A DNA stretch of 64,000 nucleotides from a virus. Both the position numbers and the translations under genes were made by a program. Numbering within the stretch: position 1 is the first letter of the stretch; each line of letters begins with the position of its first letter. Positions 25,777-42,077 of the stretch are shown in pieces. The notes under the pieces were generated by a model that saw nothing but the letters and a program-made list of their open reading frames with translations, searched no databases and was not told where the DNA came from. The stretch is taken from IMG/VR virus record IMGVR_UViG_3300027733_000001; one strand, 5' to 3'.

Positions 25777-28700
25777 CTAGACTACTGCAGGTAAACATAA
25801 GAACCGAAGCTCTTGAAGATTTTCTATTTTACGTCCCTTATATACTGCAGAATACGTTACCTCTTTTTCCTGATTAATTGTTGCAGAGATGATGTTTGTG
25901 GCGAGTACATGCTGCGAGTTATAGTCCGCTTTCATCTGTATGTATTTGACAGGATCCTGGAGATAGTCCACAATTTCGTTCAATTTATGGTAATTTATTT
26001 TTTTACACCTAGCTGCAACATCCATAGGTAGTGGTTCAAGTTTAGCTAGATGTAGCTCAACAGTGTCCAGATCATCTAAAGACAGCTGAGTTAGTATTTT
26101 CTCATAGTTAGAAAGCCTACGTTTTTTGATGATGGACATGTTGCCAGTCATTCTTTTCCGTAAGTCTGTTTTATCTAGATGAAGAATTAATAAATTTGGT
26201 AGTGCCTTTACTCCGGGCACATCTTTACTATGGCAAAGATTTACTCCTGGACCACCAGCACTATTGAATACATTTGCTTTGGAACTGACTACAACTTTAC
26301 CGTGACGCACACACTCGCTTAGATTGTATGGATTTAATTTAAAATGCTTGAACTTCTCGATGCTCGGCTCAAACAGATCCTCTAATCTAGGTGAATTACT
26401 AAGCCACAAACCACTCAACGCAGAATTACCTTCGTGTTTCTGTAATACCTCCAAAAACGAGTTGAAGCTGAAGCTGTTTAGTGCTGGATCAAAATACGCT
26501 ATAAATTCGTCGGTATCTAAAAAGCACAAGAACTTAGCGGTAGCTCGCACCAAGTCATAAAAACTTTGATTGAGTTTGGTGTCGGGGAGTACAATGGGAT
26601 TACCTTCGAAATTAAATAGTGTATATGGCTTGTCTTTGTACTTTTCATACACAGCCAGCGTATATGGGCAGTCGCTACCATTATCTACAACCACTATATT
26701 ATGCCAGCCGACCAAAGCTGCGTGATACTGTAACCAAGCATCAAGTAACGCACCTTCATTTTTTGTTTTGAGTATTATCTTGAGCAATGAACGCTCGTCT
26801 TTTGCTGCAGGTGTACTGTTCACTGTTCTCAACGCCTGCTGAATCGCAGCATCTATATTGCTGTATTCAATATTTTTTATTTTTGATACTTCTGCCAGTA
26901 GTCCACTTAACCTGTTCGTATGTACTCGATCATTTAATTTTGCAGATACAAAAGAATTGAATATCTTCGGAAACGGAGAACTAAAACCTCTCAACTTTGT
27001 AGTGGGAGACCTTCCGTCAATAGTGGCTTGAATGACATCAGTGTATAAGAAAGGTTGATCTTTTGGAGTACTGAGGTTGAGTAGATACTCGGCAGGATTT
27101 TTGTAATACTCTGAAATTTCTCGGTTGTTATGCTTCCAGTTCTCTTTGATAGATTCGTTCTTATCAAAAAACTCTGCGATACTCCATTCAGGATTCTCGG
27201 ACATGACGTGATTTATCTTACTTTTAATTCTATCTTCAATCTGTGTTTTATGGAGGTGTAACATCAATAGTTCCGGACAATAAGTAAGGTCGCGGCTGAT
27301 GCTGTTGTGTGTACGCATACTGTTCTCCGTACTATTCAAGAAAATTGCTTTTCCTTTTACAATATCCCACCAAGGGTTGGTTACAGAAAAGTCAGTTACA
27401 TCCACTATATTCTCGTAGTCTTTCCCGTAGTAGTTATTGAATATCCAGCTTGTAGTCAGTGTGTGATTATTCTTATTCTGTTTTAAGAACGGCACTAATT
27501 TAGAGTTATCTATTACCTCTCTTTCATAGTCATAAAAACAAAGATACTCGTCGGTATCTAGAATTGCATGGAATAGACTGCATTTTTGTATGTCTTCGTA
27601 AAAGTTTAAAAACCTGCGAGAGTTACACAAATGCTCGTGGAAGCCGTCGAACGGATATACAAGTACATTGTATTTTTTATAGATATCCTGCACCTTTTGA
27701 CTAGTGCTGTTGTTGTCTATTACTATGATGTTATGGTTACCCACAAGAGCTATGTGGTACTGTAGCCAAGGCTCTAATAAAAACTCTTCGTCTTTTGTTT
27801 TGAGTACCAGTTTTAAAGCTGTGTGCTTATCTGGAGCATAAAAGCTACCTGTTCTTTTGCCTAGATAAGATAGCCAGTGCTTGTAAGCAGCTCTATCGTC
27901 GTTAAATTTTATGTTTAGGCTCTTGCTGTAAAAAACCGCATCAAACTCAGGGTCTACACAGTCTACATAACCATAACGGTCTACATATAGTTCCTTTAGA
28001 CCTTTAGCTGAAATATTGAATTTTATTAAATCTGGATAAGCTCTAGGACAGTACTCTGGGTCAAATATAAAATCCTGCAAATACGTGTTCGCACCGTCTA
28101 GATTCTTAGTGGATTGCGGTTGTCCGTACGTACCATAAACGTATGTACCGTAACGTGCAGGGTCATCAGGATTTTTACGATTTAATACTCCCTCCATGTA
28201 CGTATACGACGTTTCAACCGAACAGTCAGGGAACACCACAGTATTGTAATACTCTTTAGAGGTTAGATGGTTTTCATCAGACCAGGCCAGTGTTTTACAT
28301 ACCTTGATCCCATCAAATTCTAGTTCTCTAAACGCTGCAAGATATTCTTCTGGTTTGTAGCCTGTCTGTCCTCCATCCCAACCTTTTGGTAAGTTTGGAG
28401 ACCTGTTAAACCTCAGGTGTTTTACTTCTTTGTTGTTGATCATCATCGCCAACAAAGCATATATGTCTATGTTCACTATAAACGGCAAGTCGTGTTGAAT
28501 GAGTAAAACATAGTCTGTAGTTACATGAGAAAATCCTGTCTGTACGGACTTTGTCAAATGTCCCCATTCGTCGCGTTTAACTATCTGTACGTTTTTATAC
28601 TTACACTCACTGACACAATACTCATGCAGGTTCTTAAAGTATTCGGAAAATCTTTGCTCTGCTTTGGTTAATGTAGCTTTAATGTCCGGCTTAATTTCAT

Positions 28701-28845
28701 CATGAGCCAAAACAATCTTGGTATTAAGGTCCAGAGACAATAGATCGAGCGAGTCTATTACGGTCTTAATCAAGCTGATGCTTGGGTGCGAAGGTATCAG
28801 GTTCGCTGTAATTACTACAGTTAGTTTGTCTGCTAAATTGTTCAT
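25777..28845 (-). CDS. multidomain glycosyltransferase (N-terminal GT-A plus two Glyco_tranf_2_4-like domains)
   Basis: YVLLIQHDL, then twice L.LKTK.E..LL..WLQYH.ALVG..NI...DN.S...LDTDE. Confidence 0.8.
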   Translation of the reverse strand: MNNLADKLTVVITANLIPSHPSISLIKTVIDSLDLLSLDLNTKIVLAHDEIKPDIKATLTKAEQRFSEYFKNLHEYCVSECKYKNVQIVKRDEWGHLTKSVQTGFSHVTTDYVLLIQHDLPFIVNIDIYALLAMMINNKEVKHLRFNRSPNLPKGWDGGQTGYKPEEYLAAFRELEFDGIKVCKTLAWSDENHLTSKEYYNTVVFPDCSVETSYTYMEGVLNRKNPDDPARYGTYVYGTYGQPQSTKNLDGANTYLQDFIFDPEYCPRAYPDLIKFNISAKGLKELYVDRYGYVDCVDPEFDAVFYSKSLNIKFNDDRAAYKHWLSYLGKRTGSFYAPDKHTALKLVLKTKDEEFLLEPWLQYHIALVGNHNIIVIDNNSTSQKVQDIYKKYNVLVYPFDGFHEHLCNSRRFLNFYEDIQKCSLFHAILDTDEYLCFYDYEREVIDNSKLVPFLKQNKNNHTLTTSWIFNNYYGKDYENIVDVTDFSVTNPWWDIVKGKAIFLNSTENSMRTHNSISRDLTYCPELLMLHLHKTQIEDRIKSKINHVMSENPEWSIAEFFDKNESIKENWKHNNREISEYYKNPAEYLLNLSTPKDQPFLYTDVIQATIDGRSPTTKLRGFSSPFPKIFNSFVSAKLNDRVHTNRLSGLLAEVSKIKNIEYSNIDAAIQQALRTVNSTPAAKDERSLLKIILKTKNEGALLDAWLQYHAALVGWHNIVVVDNGSDCPYTLAVYEKYKDKPYTLFNFEGNPIVLPDTKLNQSFYDLVRATAKFLCFLDTDEFIAYFDPALNSFSFNSFLEVLQKHEGNSALSGLWLSNSPRLEDLFEPSIEKFKHFKLNPYNLSECVRHGKVVVSSKANVFNSAGGPGVNLCHSKDVPGVKALPNLLILHLDKTDLRKRMTGNMSIIKKRRLSNYEKILTQLSLDDLDTVELHLAKLEPLPMDVAARCKKINYHKLNEIVDYLQDPVKYIQMKADYNSQHVLATNIISATINQEKEVTYSAVYKGRKIENLQELRFLCLPAVV

Positions 28846-28858
28846 TGTGTTAAAGTTC

Positions 28859-30601
28859 TTACAGATTAATTGAACTATTCAAAACATCCGCTATGTACTG
28901 ATTTGTTGGTTTTGTAAAATGCTCCAGTACATATTCTCGTCCTTTTGCATTATACTTATCTTTATGTTTTACACACAGCGACAGTATTGCTTGTTTTGCC
29001 GTTTCAAGGCTGATACTTCCGGGCAGCTCAAAATACATCTCGGAAGATGAGTCTAGGTTATGTGTAGTGTATATGTTTTCTTTAAATACCAACACCGGAA
29101 TATTGTAGTACAACGCCTCCACGACTACATAAGGACAAGGGTCAATTTTGGCGGTTAGCGAGAAATAATCAAAAACTTGAAAATAGCTGTAAGGCTCTGC
29201 AACGTTCTTGACATGATACAGGTTATTTATTTCTTTATTTGTAATTTCATCATACCCTCCAACCCATAAGAAATTGTAATCAGGTAGCTCTTCAGCCAGT
29301 TGCATAAACAAATCAGGATTCTTCCGTTCTGAAAGATTTCCACACATACCTATAGTTAGCTTGGATGTGTCCAACACACCAAATCGATTAGCTACCTCTA
29401 CTGTAAACTGAGGGGCACGCTCGAGCGCCTTTAGTACTGCCTCACTAAAAAATGGTGGTTGTACTTTTGGTGTGCCTGCCCACTGATCAGCTATTCTGTG
29501 TGACACTACATAGTCTGGTGTAACTCCAGGCATAACCACATCAAAATGCTCTTTAACCTCGTGGCTATGGTATATGAGTTTGCCTGGGAAAAACCCAGCA
29601 ATTGCATTAATTGCTGTAGGTGTTGAGTTCACCAGTACTTTAGTTGGGTTCGATTTTTTAATTATATGATACAGTAGTGTGCAGTCATTGAGATAATAAT
29701 ACATGTCTAGCTCATTTAGCTCGTACTTGGCTAGCAGCTCGGCGTTTATGTATTTTTCAGCTATTTTTACTTTTACGTTAGGATAATTTTTCTTAATGTA
29801 TGTGTACAGCGTGTATAAATAATGTGTTGCGCCGTACAGAGATGTTTCGTGGCTTACAAGAAGCAAGTCCAGTTCACACGCTTGAATACTTTCTACTTTT
29901 TCAGCAATACTTGCACTTTTTAACCGCCTTGGGTCGCTCAAATAATCCTTATAGTCCTTTAGCCCTTCTTCGCTATATGTTCTTGAAAAATAATCTCGGT
30001 CAAAATACTCATCTCTATATTGTCTTCCTTCTCTACAGCCGTGCTGCACGTAGTGTTTTTCAGCCTCAGGATCGGTAAAAACCAATAAGTCTGGGTTGAG
30101 ATGTTTGTACTCGGTAACATCAAATCCTGTAGGAAGATCTAGCTTATACACGCGTCCTTCTTTTTCTGCATGCCGGACATAGTGCGCTTTGACATAATCG
30201 TCAGGAAGATCCACTAGATCTTTATTATATTTCTTGTAATCATTTACGCAAAAATCTTCAGGCAGCTCTAGCTTGTATATTCTGTTTTGTAGTCCTGCGG
30301 AATACATGTAGGCTTCTTCTGCATTAATGTCTCCTATAGGGCTACTAAAATAGTTTTGAATCTTAAGCGTATGTAGATCGCTATTCAGTTCAATAAATTT
30401 CGATATACTGAAATCGTCAGGCACAACCAGCTTGTAGCTTAAGTTTTTAGCTTGGCCGTAGTCTAAATAGTGCCGTTTAAGCACAGCGTCCATATCACTA
30501 GAAGAATATACAAACTCATGCTCAATGCTTCCACGATTCAGCCAGTAGTAGTCCTGGCTACTGAAATCTTGAGGTAATTTGTGTTCATCTAGATCGCTCA
30601 T
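28859..30601 (-). CDS. GT-B (GT4-like) glycosyltransferase with four N-terminal LPxxF...HY...GR repeats
   Basis: IGMCGNLSERKNPDLF, FLWVGG and DPCPYVVVEALY; N-terminal repeats such as LPTGFDVTEYKHLNPDL...HYVQHGCREGRQY. Confidence 0.8.
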   Translation of the reverse strand: MSDLDEHKLPQDFSSQDYYWLNRGSIEHEFVYSSSDMDAVLKRHYLDYGQAKNLSYKLVVPDDFSISKFIELNSDLHTLKIQNYFSSPIGDINAEEAYMYSAGLQNRIYKLELPEDFCVNDYKKYNKDLVDLPDDYVKAHYVRHAEKEGRVYKLDLPTGFDVTEYKHLNPDLLVFTDPEAEKHYVQHGCREGRQYRDEYFDRDYFSRTYSEEGLKDYKDYLSDPRRLKSASIAEKVESIQACELDLLLVSHETSLYGATHYLYTLYTYIKKNYPNVKVKIAEKYINAELLAKYELNELDMYYYLNDCTLLYHIIKKSNPTKVLVNSTPTAINAIAGFFPGKLIYHSHEVKEHFDVVMPGVTPDYVVSHRIADQWAGTPKVQPPFFSEAVLKALERAPQFTVEVANRFGVLDTSKLTIGMCGNLSERKNPDLFMQLAEELPDYNFLWVGGYDEITNKEINNLYHVKNVAEPYSYFQVFDYFSLTAKIDPCPYVVVEALYYNIPVLVFKENIYTTHNLDSSSEMYFELPGSISLETAKQAILSLCVKHKDKYNAKGREYVLEHFTKPTNQYIADVLNSSINL

Positions 30602-30605
30602 AAGT

Positions 30606-31667
30606 TTAAAAATGATGTTTGCAGTATAGCCTGCCGTCGCAGTATTGTTCCCATCCTAGTTTACACCAAACCTCCCCTGCTGTACCATCCCAACCTGTCA
30701 TATAATATGCTCCGTTAGGTCTTTTAAATGTAAGTTTATATGGTAAAGCTTCGGCTAGAGCGGTAGTGCTGTATAATGAAAACCCTCCTCCTTGCATCTC
30801 TACGCGAAAAAGCTCCGCAGGCAAGTCTTCTATTCTAGGCGTATCTCCCCACAGTTCAGCACGCAAAGACAGACATGGAATGGCTGGATCTATTTTTTGT
30901 CTATAATAACCGGCCACGCAAGCCACTTTACCTCGCCGCCTCTCCAGATCTTTCATACTTTTATAAAGGCTCAAAAGCCCGTCTTTGGGAGGCTCTATAT
31001 CGTCCTCTACTTTCAATATGTAGTCGTAATATTTAACCGGCTCTCTAAGCAGTTTTGAATATTTTACGGCTATGTGTGCATGCTTGTACATCTCCAGATA
31101 ATGATCTTCTGGCTTAACAAAGTAAGGCGCACCAAGGTCCACAATGTGTATTTTTTGGTATTTTTGAGCAAGCTTCCTGTTTAGTGTGTCGTGCAGTCCT
31201 CTAACTTGCTCGTTGCCGCTATTGTCTCCCAAAATAATATCCACCGTTACCCCTTCAGGGACATCCATAGCTTCCACAAAAGTACTCCAGCTGCTTTTAA
31301 ATGCTTTTGGAGAAAACATTGTCACCAAGGCTATATGTGTCTTGGCTAGACTAGTGAATTCAAAAGCCTTCGAACACTCCGGCGTATTGTAAGTTTTAGA
31401 TTTCACTGTATATCCCGCATCTACAGCGTCCTTGAACAGCTCCTCAAGAGAGGACAGCTGTTTGTTAAAATGTCTTATGGAATTTATATTGATTATGTGC
31501 ACGCCGGTTTCCGCCTCAAGCCACATAATTCTAGGGTCGCTAGGTAACTCAGACTCTCCAGGCTCTCCGCTACCCCACAAAGAAGAATCGACTATTTTTA
31601 CATATTCAGTCGATACATTGTCTATCGCATAAGAAAGAGTACTTAGTAATTTTTCTTCACAGATCAT
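30606..31667 (-). CDS. GT-A (GT2-like) glycosyltransferase
   Basis: IILGDNS, YILKVEDD and QGGGFSLY motifs. Confidence 0.6.
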   Translation of the reverse strand: MICEEKLLSTLSYAIDNVSTEYVKIVDSSLWGSGEPGESELPSDPRIMWLEAETGVHIININSIRHFNKQLSSLEELFKDAVDAGYTVKSKTYNTPECSKAFEFTSLAKTHIALVTMFSPKAFKSSWSTFVEAMDVPEGVTVDIILGDNSGNEQVRGLHDTLNRKLAQKYQKIHIVDLGAPYFVKPEDHYLEMYKHAHIAVKYSKLLREPVKYYDYILKVEDDIEPPKDGLLSLYKSMKDLERRRGKVACVAGYYRQKIDPAIPCLSLRAELWGDTPRIEDLPAELFRVEMQGGGFSLYSTTALAEALPYKLTFKRPNGAYYMTGWDGTAGEVWCKLGWEQYCDGRLYCKHHF

Positions 31668-32479
31668 AACACTATCGTAGTGCTGCCTGCGTTTGTAGAG
31701 TTTGGAAAATTACCTATACTTCTCGAAGTTGATGAACTTGTGTATGTCTCTCGTTCAAGAGCAGCAAGCTGTTCTGGTCCTAGTGCAGCTTTTTGCGCAG
31801 GTGAAAGTGCCGCAATTTGCTCTACTGAAAGTGCACTTAATTGTAGCGGCGATAAAAAAGAGACCTGGCTAGGAGATAAAGCCGCCAAGTTTTCTGGACT
31901 TAGGGCAGCAGACTGCTCGTTAGACATAGCCGCTAGCTGCTCTCTAACGATAGCTGCTATCTGCTGAATTGTTAATCTGGAAGGGAACGTAGCTGGAGGC
32001 ATCCAAGCTATCTGCTCAGGAGTAATGGCCTCGACAGCCTCTACAGACAACAATGACATGTTTGCTGCAAGCATCGACGCCAGAGCAAATGGATCAATTG
32101 CCGCTATCTGTTCTGGTGCAAGGCTAGTGACCTGATTACCACTAAAACTTTGAAGCTGTTCTGGTGTAAAAAACTGCGTCTGTGTTGTCGTGAGCCCTTG
32201 TAGCTGTGCTGCAGTAAAAGCGGCCACCTGTTCAGGGGTAAGCGAATTAATCTGTGATCCCTGAAGAGCAGAGATTTGATCTACAGGAATAGCGGCAATC
32301 TGGTTAGGCGTAAGCTCACTTAACTGTGTTGGCGTGAGAGAAGCCAACCTATTACGCATCAGCCCAAGTATGTGCCTGGCCTTTAGATGACTCTTACTTC
32401 GTACTAGTGTAGATGGTACATAACCATTGCCCGTCTGGCTCCACCGGAGTACGATAAGGTCTGTGTTGTCCTCAGGCAT
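31664..32479 (-). CDS. short-period (about 8-aa) L/I-x-P-x-Q repeat protein
   Basis: LTPTQLSELTPNQIAAIPVDQISAL... runs over about 200 aa. Confidence 0.65.
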   Translation of the reverse strand: MPEDNTDLIVLRWSQTGNGYVPSTLVRSKSHLKARHILGLMRNRLASLTPTQLSELTPNQIAAIPVDQISALQGSQINSLTPEQVAAFTAAQLQGLTTTQTQFFTPEQLQSFSGNQVTSLAPEQIAAIDPFALASMLAANMSLLSVEAVEAITPEQIAWMPPATFPSRLTIQQIAAIVREQLAAMSNEQSAALSPENLAALSPSQVSFLSPLQLSALSVEQIAALSPAQKAALGPEQLAALERETYTSSSTSRSIGNFPNSTNAGSTTIVL

Positions 32480-32480
32480 A

Positions 32481-34310
<1,830 letters not shown>

Positions 34311-34318
34311 TTAAATAT

Positions 34319-36226
<1,908 letters not shown>

Positions 36227-36238
36227 ATATTAAATTAT

Positions 36239-38121
36239 TTAACTTAGTTGATATGTTCCACTGGTTTCAGCGACCACGGCACCACTAATGTAAATTTTAA
36301 AAGGTATTCCAGTCCAGTACCCTTCAGACGAAGACACATTTGCTTGAACAGGTCCCAGAATAAACTGTCCTGGTCCAATAGCGTTCTGGTTTAGAGCTGT
36401 ATTATACCATGCTGTTTTAGTTGAATAGCTGGCTGCATGGGCAAACCAAATATATTCGCTAGATGCGTTAAACACTATGCTCAAGGTCCCTGCAGCCGAA
36501 GCCAAAACCTTTGTAGCTGTTCCTGCAGCTATGGCTGCAGCAATGGTATTTGCTGTAGGTTGCGAAGACGACTTGCCCCAGAAATATGGATATATGCCAG
36601 TGATTGTTGTGCTGCTTGAGTTGAGTGTATTCCCGGCAGCATAGGGATTACCTGTATCTGTTGTACCTTTATTAGTTTTCTTAGGCAGCGCACCAGCCGC
36701 ATATGTTCCAGTACCATTCCAAGAAGCACTGGCTGCAACTGTATAACTGGCAGAATACTGAGCTATTGAATATGTATGATTTGGATTATTGGGATCAGCT
36801 TGACCAAATTGGTCCGCAACATCAGTTGCACTAGCTACTGTTGGAGATGAAGTCTCGCTTACAACAGTTCCGTCCTTTTTAATAGCTAGATAAGTAAACT
36901 CAGCGGCGTCATTCTTCGTAGCACTCAGATTTATTACCTGAGTTACAATAGTGCCTATCTCCTTAACGCCTGACTGAGTTGCAGAAAAGCTCAACGCAGG
37001 TGCCGTGTATGTAGGACGCACTACAGGGAATAAAATAGCATCGAAACATTCCACGAGTGTTCTAGTTTTCCATACAGAAGCCGCCTCGGCAGCAGCACCA
37101 CCAACAGCCACACTAATATCAGTATCTGCAGCTGTAGAAGCATAGGTTGCACTGCCTGCTCCACCATCAGGACCTTTTTCACCTGTTGCTCCTTGTACGC
37201 CGGTAGCGCCAGTAGCACCATCAACACCAGTTGATCCTTGAACTCCGGTAGCTCCATCAATACCTGTTGCTCCTTGAACTCCGGTAGCTCCATCAATACC
37301 TGTTGCTCCTTGTACGCCGGTAGCGCCAGTAGCACCATCAACACCAGTTGATCCTTGAACTCCGGTAGCTCCATCAATACCTGTAGCTCCGTTAACTCCA
37401 GAAGCACCAACTGCACCAGTTGCTCCGGTAGCACCCGCGTCTCCTTGAGCGCCTGTCCATCCAGTATCGCCCATAGGGCCTTGTTCGCCTGGGATACCTG
37501 TAGCTCCCACTGCTCCTGTTGCTCCAGTTAATCCAGTTGCTCCAATTAATCCAGTAGCTCCAGTTAATCCAGTAGCTCCAGTTAATCCAGTTGCTCCAAT
37601 TAATCCAGTAGCTCCATCAACACCAGTTGATCCTGTTAATCCTGTTGCTCCGGTAATACCTGTCGCACCATCTACACCAGTTGCGCCAGTAGCTCCAGTT
37701 AATCCTGTTGCTCCACTAACACCAGTCGATCCTTGAATACCGGTAGCGCCTGTAGCTCCGGTGGCTCCAGCTGCCCCTGCACCAGAAGGACCGCTGAATG
37801 CCACAACTGTCCAGTTAGCTATGCCGTTAGGTAACGCTCCAGTACTTGTAGTTCTAGCTACACCCAATGAAGAATATTTATAATAGGTATCTCCATCTCG
37901 TACAGTGGTTGTATCTGCCTCGGTATAGTTTGTCTTTACATATACAAGCATCCCTTCAGTTAACCTAGAGCCTGGGATATTAACTAGCCTGTCGTTAACG
38001 TCTCCACTAATACTTTGAAGTGTACCTCTGAGCTCTGTATCTAGGGCAATTGGCCAGTTGCCGCCTGGAGACCAAGTTCCAGGCCATTGATTCCTTGTTA
38101 AGCCATTATAGTCCGTACTCA

Positions 38122-38122
<1 letters not shown>
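36239..38122 (-). CDS. collagen-like (Gly-X-Thr) fibre protein
   Basis: The real start is probably ATG 38122, overlapping the upstream TAA as TAATG. GAT-rich triplets; C-terminal domain of similar composition to its neighbours. Confidence 0.85.
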
Positions 38123-40461
<2,339 letters not shown>

Positions 40462-40464
40462 ATA

Positions 40465-41022
40465 TTACGCTTCAAAAGCTACAAACTTTTTAGTTGCGAT
40501 AGTGCATATCACATTGACTGCATTAGTCGGTACAAAAGCATCCCAACCTAAACATCCTCCATTTTTAGGAACTAAAAGGCCGCTAGTTGTGGCTGTTTCT
40601 CCGATACCCAAATACATATCGGTATCTGAAATATTTTGAATCAAAAGATACTTCCTAGCTGTATTGGCTGCAGTAATCTGTTGAGATGTATTACCTACAG
40701 CAATAGCCCCAGACCTTTTAATAAATAATCCGTTGCCTCCGCCACCTCCACCACCACTAACACTGCCGCTGATCTTAAGTCCGCCGGTAGAGTCTAATCT
40801 AATTGGATTGATCGAACCGTCGTCAGAAATACCGCAAATAATCTGAGATTCTGTTTCTGGAGGAAGATCGGTAGTATCGATAGGTTTAGCTACCCACTTT
40901 TCCCCATCAGAATAGTAGTAAGTGCTATTGTCTATGCAAAAATAGTATGTACCGTATATACCGTTTGCATAAGGTAGAGGTCTGTCGGCTAGTGTTCCTC
41001 TAGATGTACTTTTGTTCAGCAT
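40465..41022 (-). CDS. hypothetical structural protein
   Basis: 185 aa; poly-Gly linker; C-terminal NTARKYLLIQNISDTDMYLG beta domain. Confidence 0.55.
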   Translation of the reverse strand: MLNKSTSRGTLADRPLPYANGIYGTYYFCIDNSTYYYSDGEKWVAKPIDTTDLPPETESQIICGISDDGSINPIRLDSTGGLKISGSVSGGGGGGGNGLFIKRSGAIAVGNTSQQITAANTARKYLLIQNISDTDMYLGIGETATTSGLLVPKNGGCLGWDAFVPTNAVNVICTIATKKFVAFEA

Positions 41023-41047
41023 AATAAAAATTAGTTAATCTGAAATA

Positions 41048-41076
41048 ATTATACCAAAGCAGAATCCATTTGTCAC
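41048..41076 (-). promoter_or_regulatory. sigma70-like promoter
   Basis: GTGACA-N17-TATAAT with TG extension. Confidence 0.7.
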
Positions 41077-41078
41077 AC

Positions 41079-41972
41079 TTATCCTATCAGAAGATTTAGC
41101 CACCTGTCGAGCGAGTAATTCCAGTCAAAATGATCTTTAGCGTACTGTTGTGCTTTTTCACAATGTTCTTTATATGTTCTAGGGTCCTGACAAACTGTTA
41201 AAGCTGTGCGTGCATCTTCGATAAACCCAGCTTCGTCCGTTCTACACAATATGCCTGCCTCTCCATTAAAATATCCTACCTCGGTTGAAACTACTAATCT
41301 TCCGCTGGCGGCGGCTTCCATAGATGGTAAGCCAGCAGTCTCGCTAGATGAAGGTACGACGATAGCATCTATGGTTGGATAGTATCCGGCCATGCAGATG
41401 TGGTTATAATATTCGTGAGGTCGAAACTCTAGAGCTATCCCATCCATTACCGGACGAATCAAATGTGTTCGTTTACAGTCTATGTTATGGACGGTTTTAT
41501 GCTCCTGCTCTCCTGCATATCCTACAATCTTTAGACTTTCTCCAACAGGAGCATAGTAGTGATCAAAGTCTATTCCTACCCGTACAACTGTAGGAACTCT
41601 AGCTATTCCTCTGGCTGCAGAAGCCACAGCCAGATCCTTATGAACTACGCCATAACCCTTTAAACTATTGAAAGCTTCAGCACCCATGCTAGCTATGCCG
41701 CCAGCAATATCTTTTTCTGCATGAGCGATGGTCACAATCTTACCTGGAGATATTCCGTAGTTTATTAGAGAATACACTGCCTCTGGTGTAGTGAGAAACG
41801 TGTCATACTTAGAGTTCAACAGCTTAAACTCTTTATGTGAGTATGGCTGAGTCCAATCCAGCAGATGCGCAAAAACTCTATGCTCCCATAGCCTTTTAAT
41901 AAGAGCATGATGTATTTGTCCGAACGCCCATCTATTCTGTGTATAGAACAATACTGAATGTTGTATGCTCAT
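41079..41972 (-). CDS. GT4-family glycosyltransferase
   Basis: IDAIVVPSSSETAGLPSMEAAASGRLVVST (EX7E). ATG 41972 is preferred over 42005, which lies inside the RNA structure. Confidence 0.85.
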   Translation of the reverse strand: MSIQHSVLFYTQNRWAFGQIHHALIKRLWEHRVFAHLLDWTQPYSHKEFKLLNSKYDTFLTTPEAVYSLINYGISPGKIVTIAHAEKDIAGGIASMGAEAFNSLKGYGVVHKDLAVASAARGIARVPTVVRVGIDFDHYYAPVGESLKIVGYAGEQEHKTVHNIDCKRTHLIRPVMDGIALEFRPHEYYNHICMAGYYPTIDAIVVPSSSETAGLPSMEAAASGRLVVSTEVGYFNGEAGILCRTDEAGFIEDARTALTVCQDPRTYKEHCEKAQQYAKDHFDWNYSLDRWLNLLIG

Positions 41973-41986
41973 AATATAAAGTAGAT

Positions 41987-42069
41987 GGGCGGAGAAAGCA
42001 GCCACGCGATGCGTAGCCCTAGGAAGGTGATTCCCGACCGGTGTAACACCAGTCCAACTTTCTCCGCCC
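41987..42069 (-). ncRNA. unidentified four-way-junction structured RNA element
   Basis: 12-bp closing stem GGGCGGAGAAAG/CTTTCTCCGCCC enclosing three hairpins, each with a G-U pair on the minus strand. Confidence 0.5.
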
Positions 42070-42077
42070 GAATTTAC

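Noticed and set aside
41987-42069. Cloverleaf as a tRNA gene
   Set aside because: 12-bp closing stem, loops of 3/5/3 nt, no TTC T-loop, no 7-nt anticodon loop and no CCA. Kept as an unidentified RNA.
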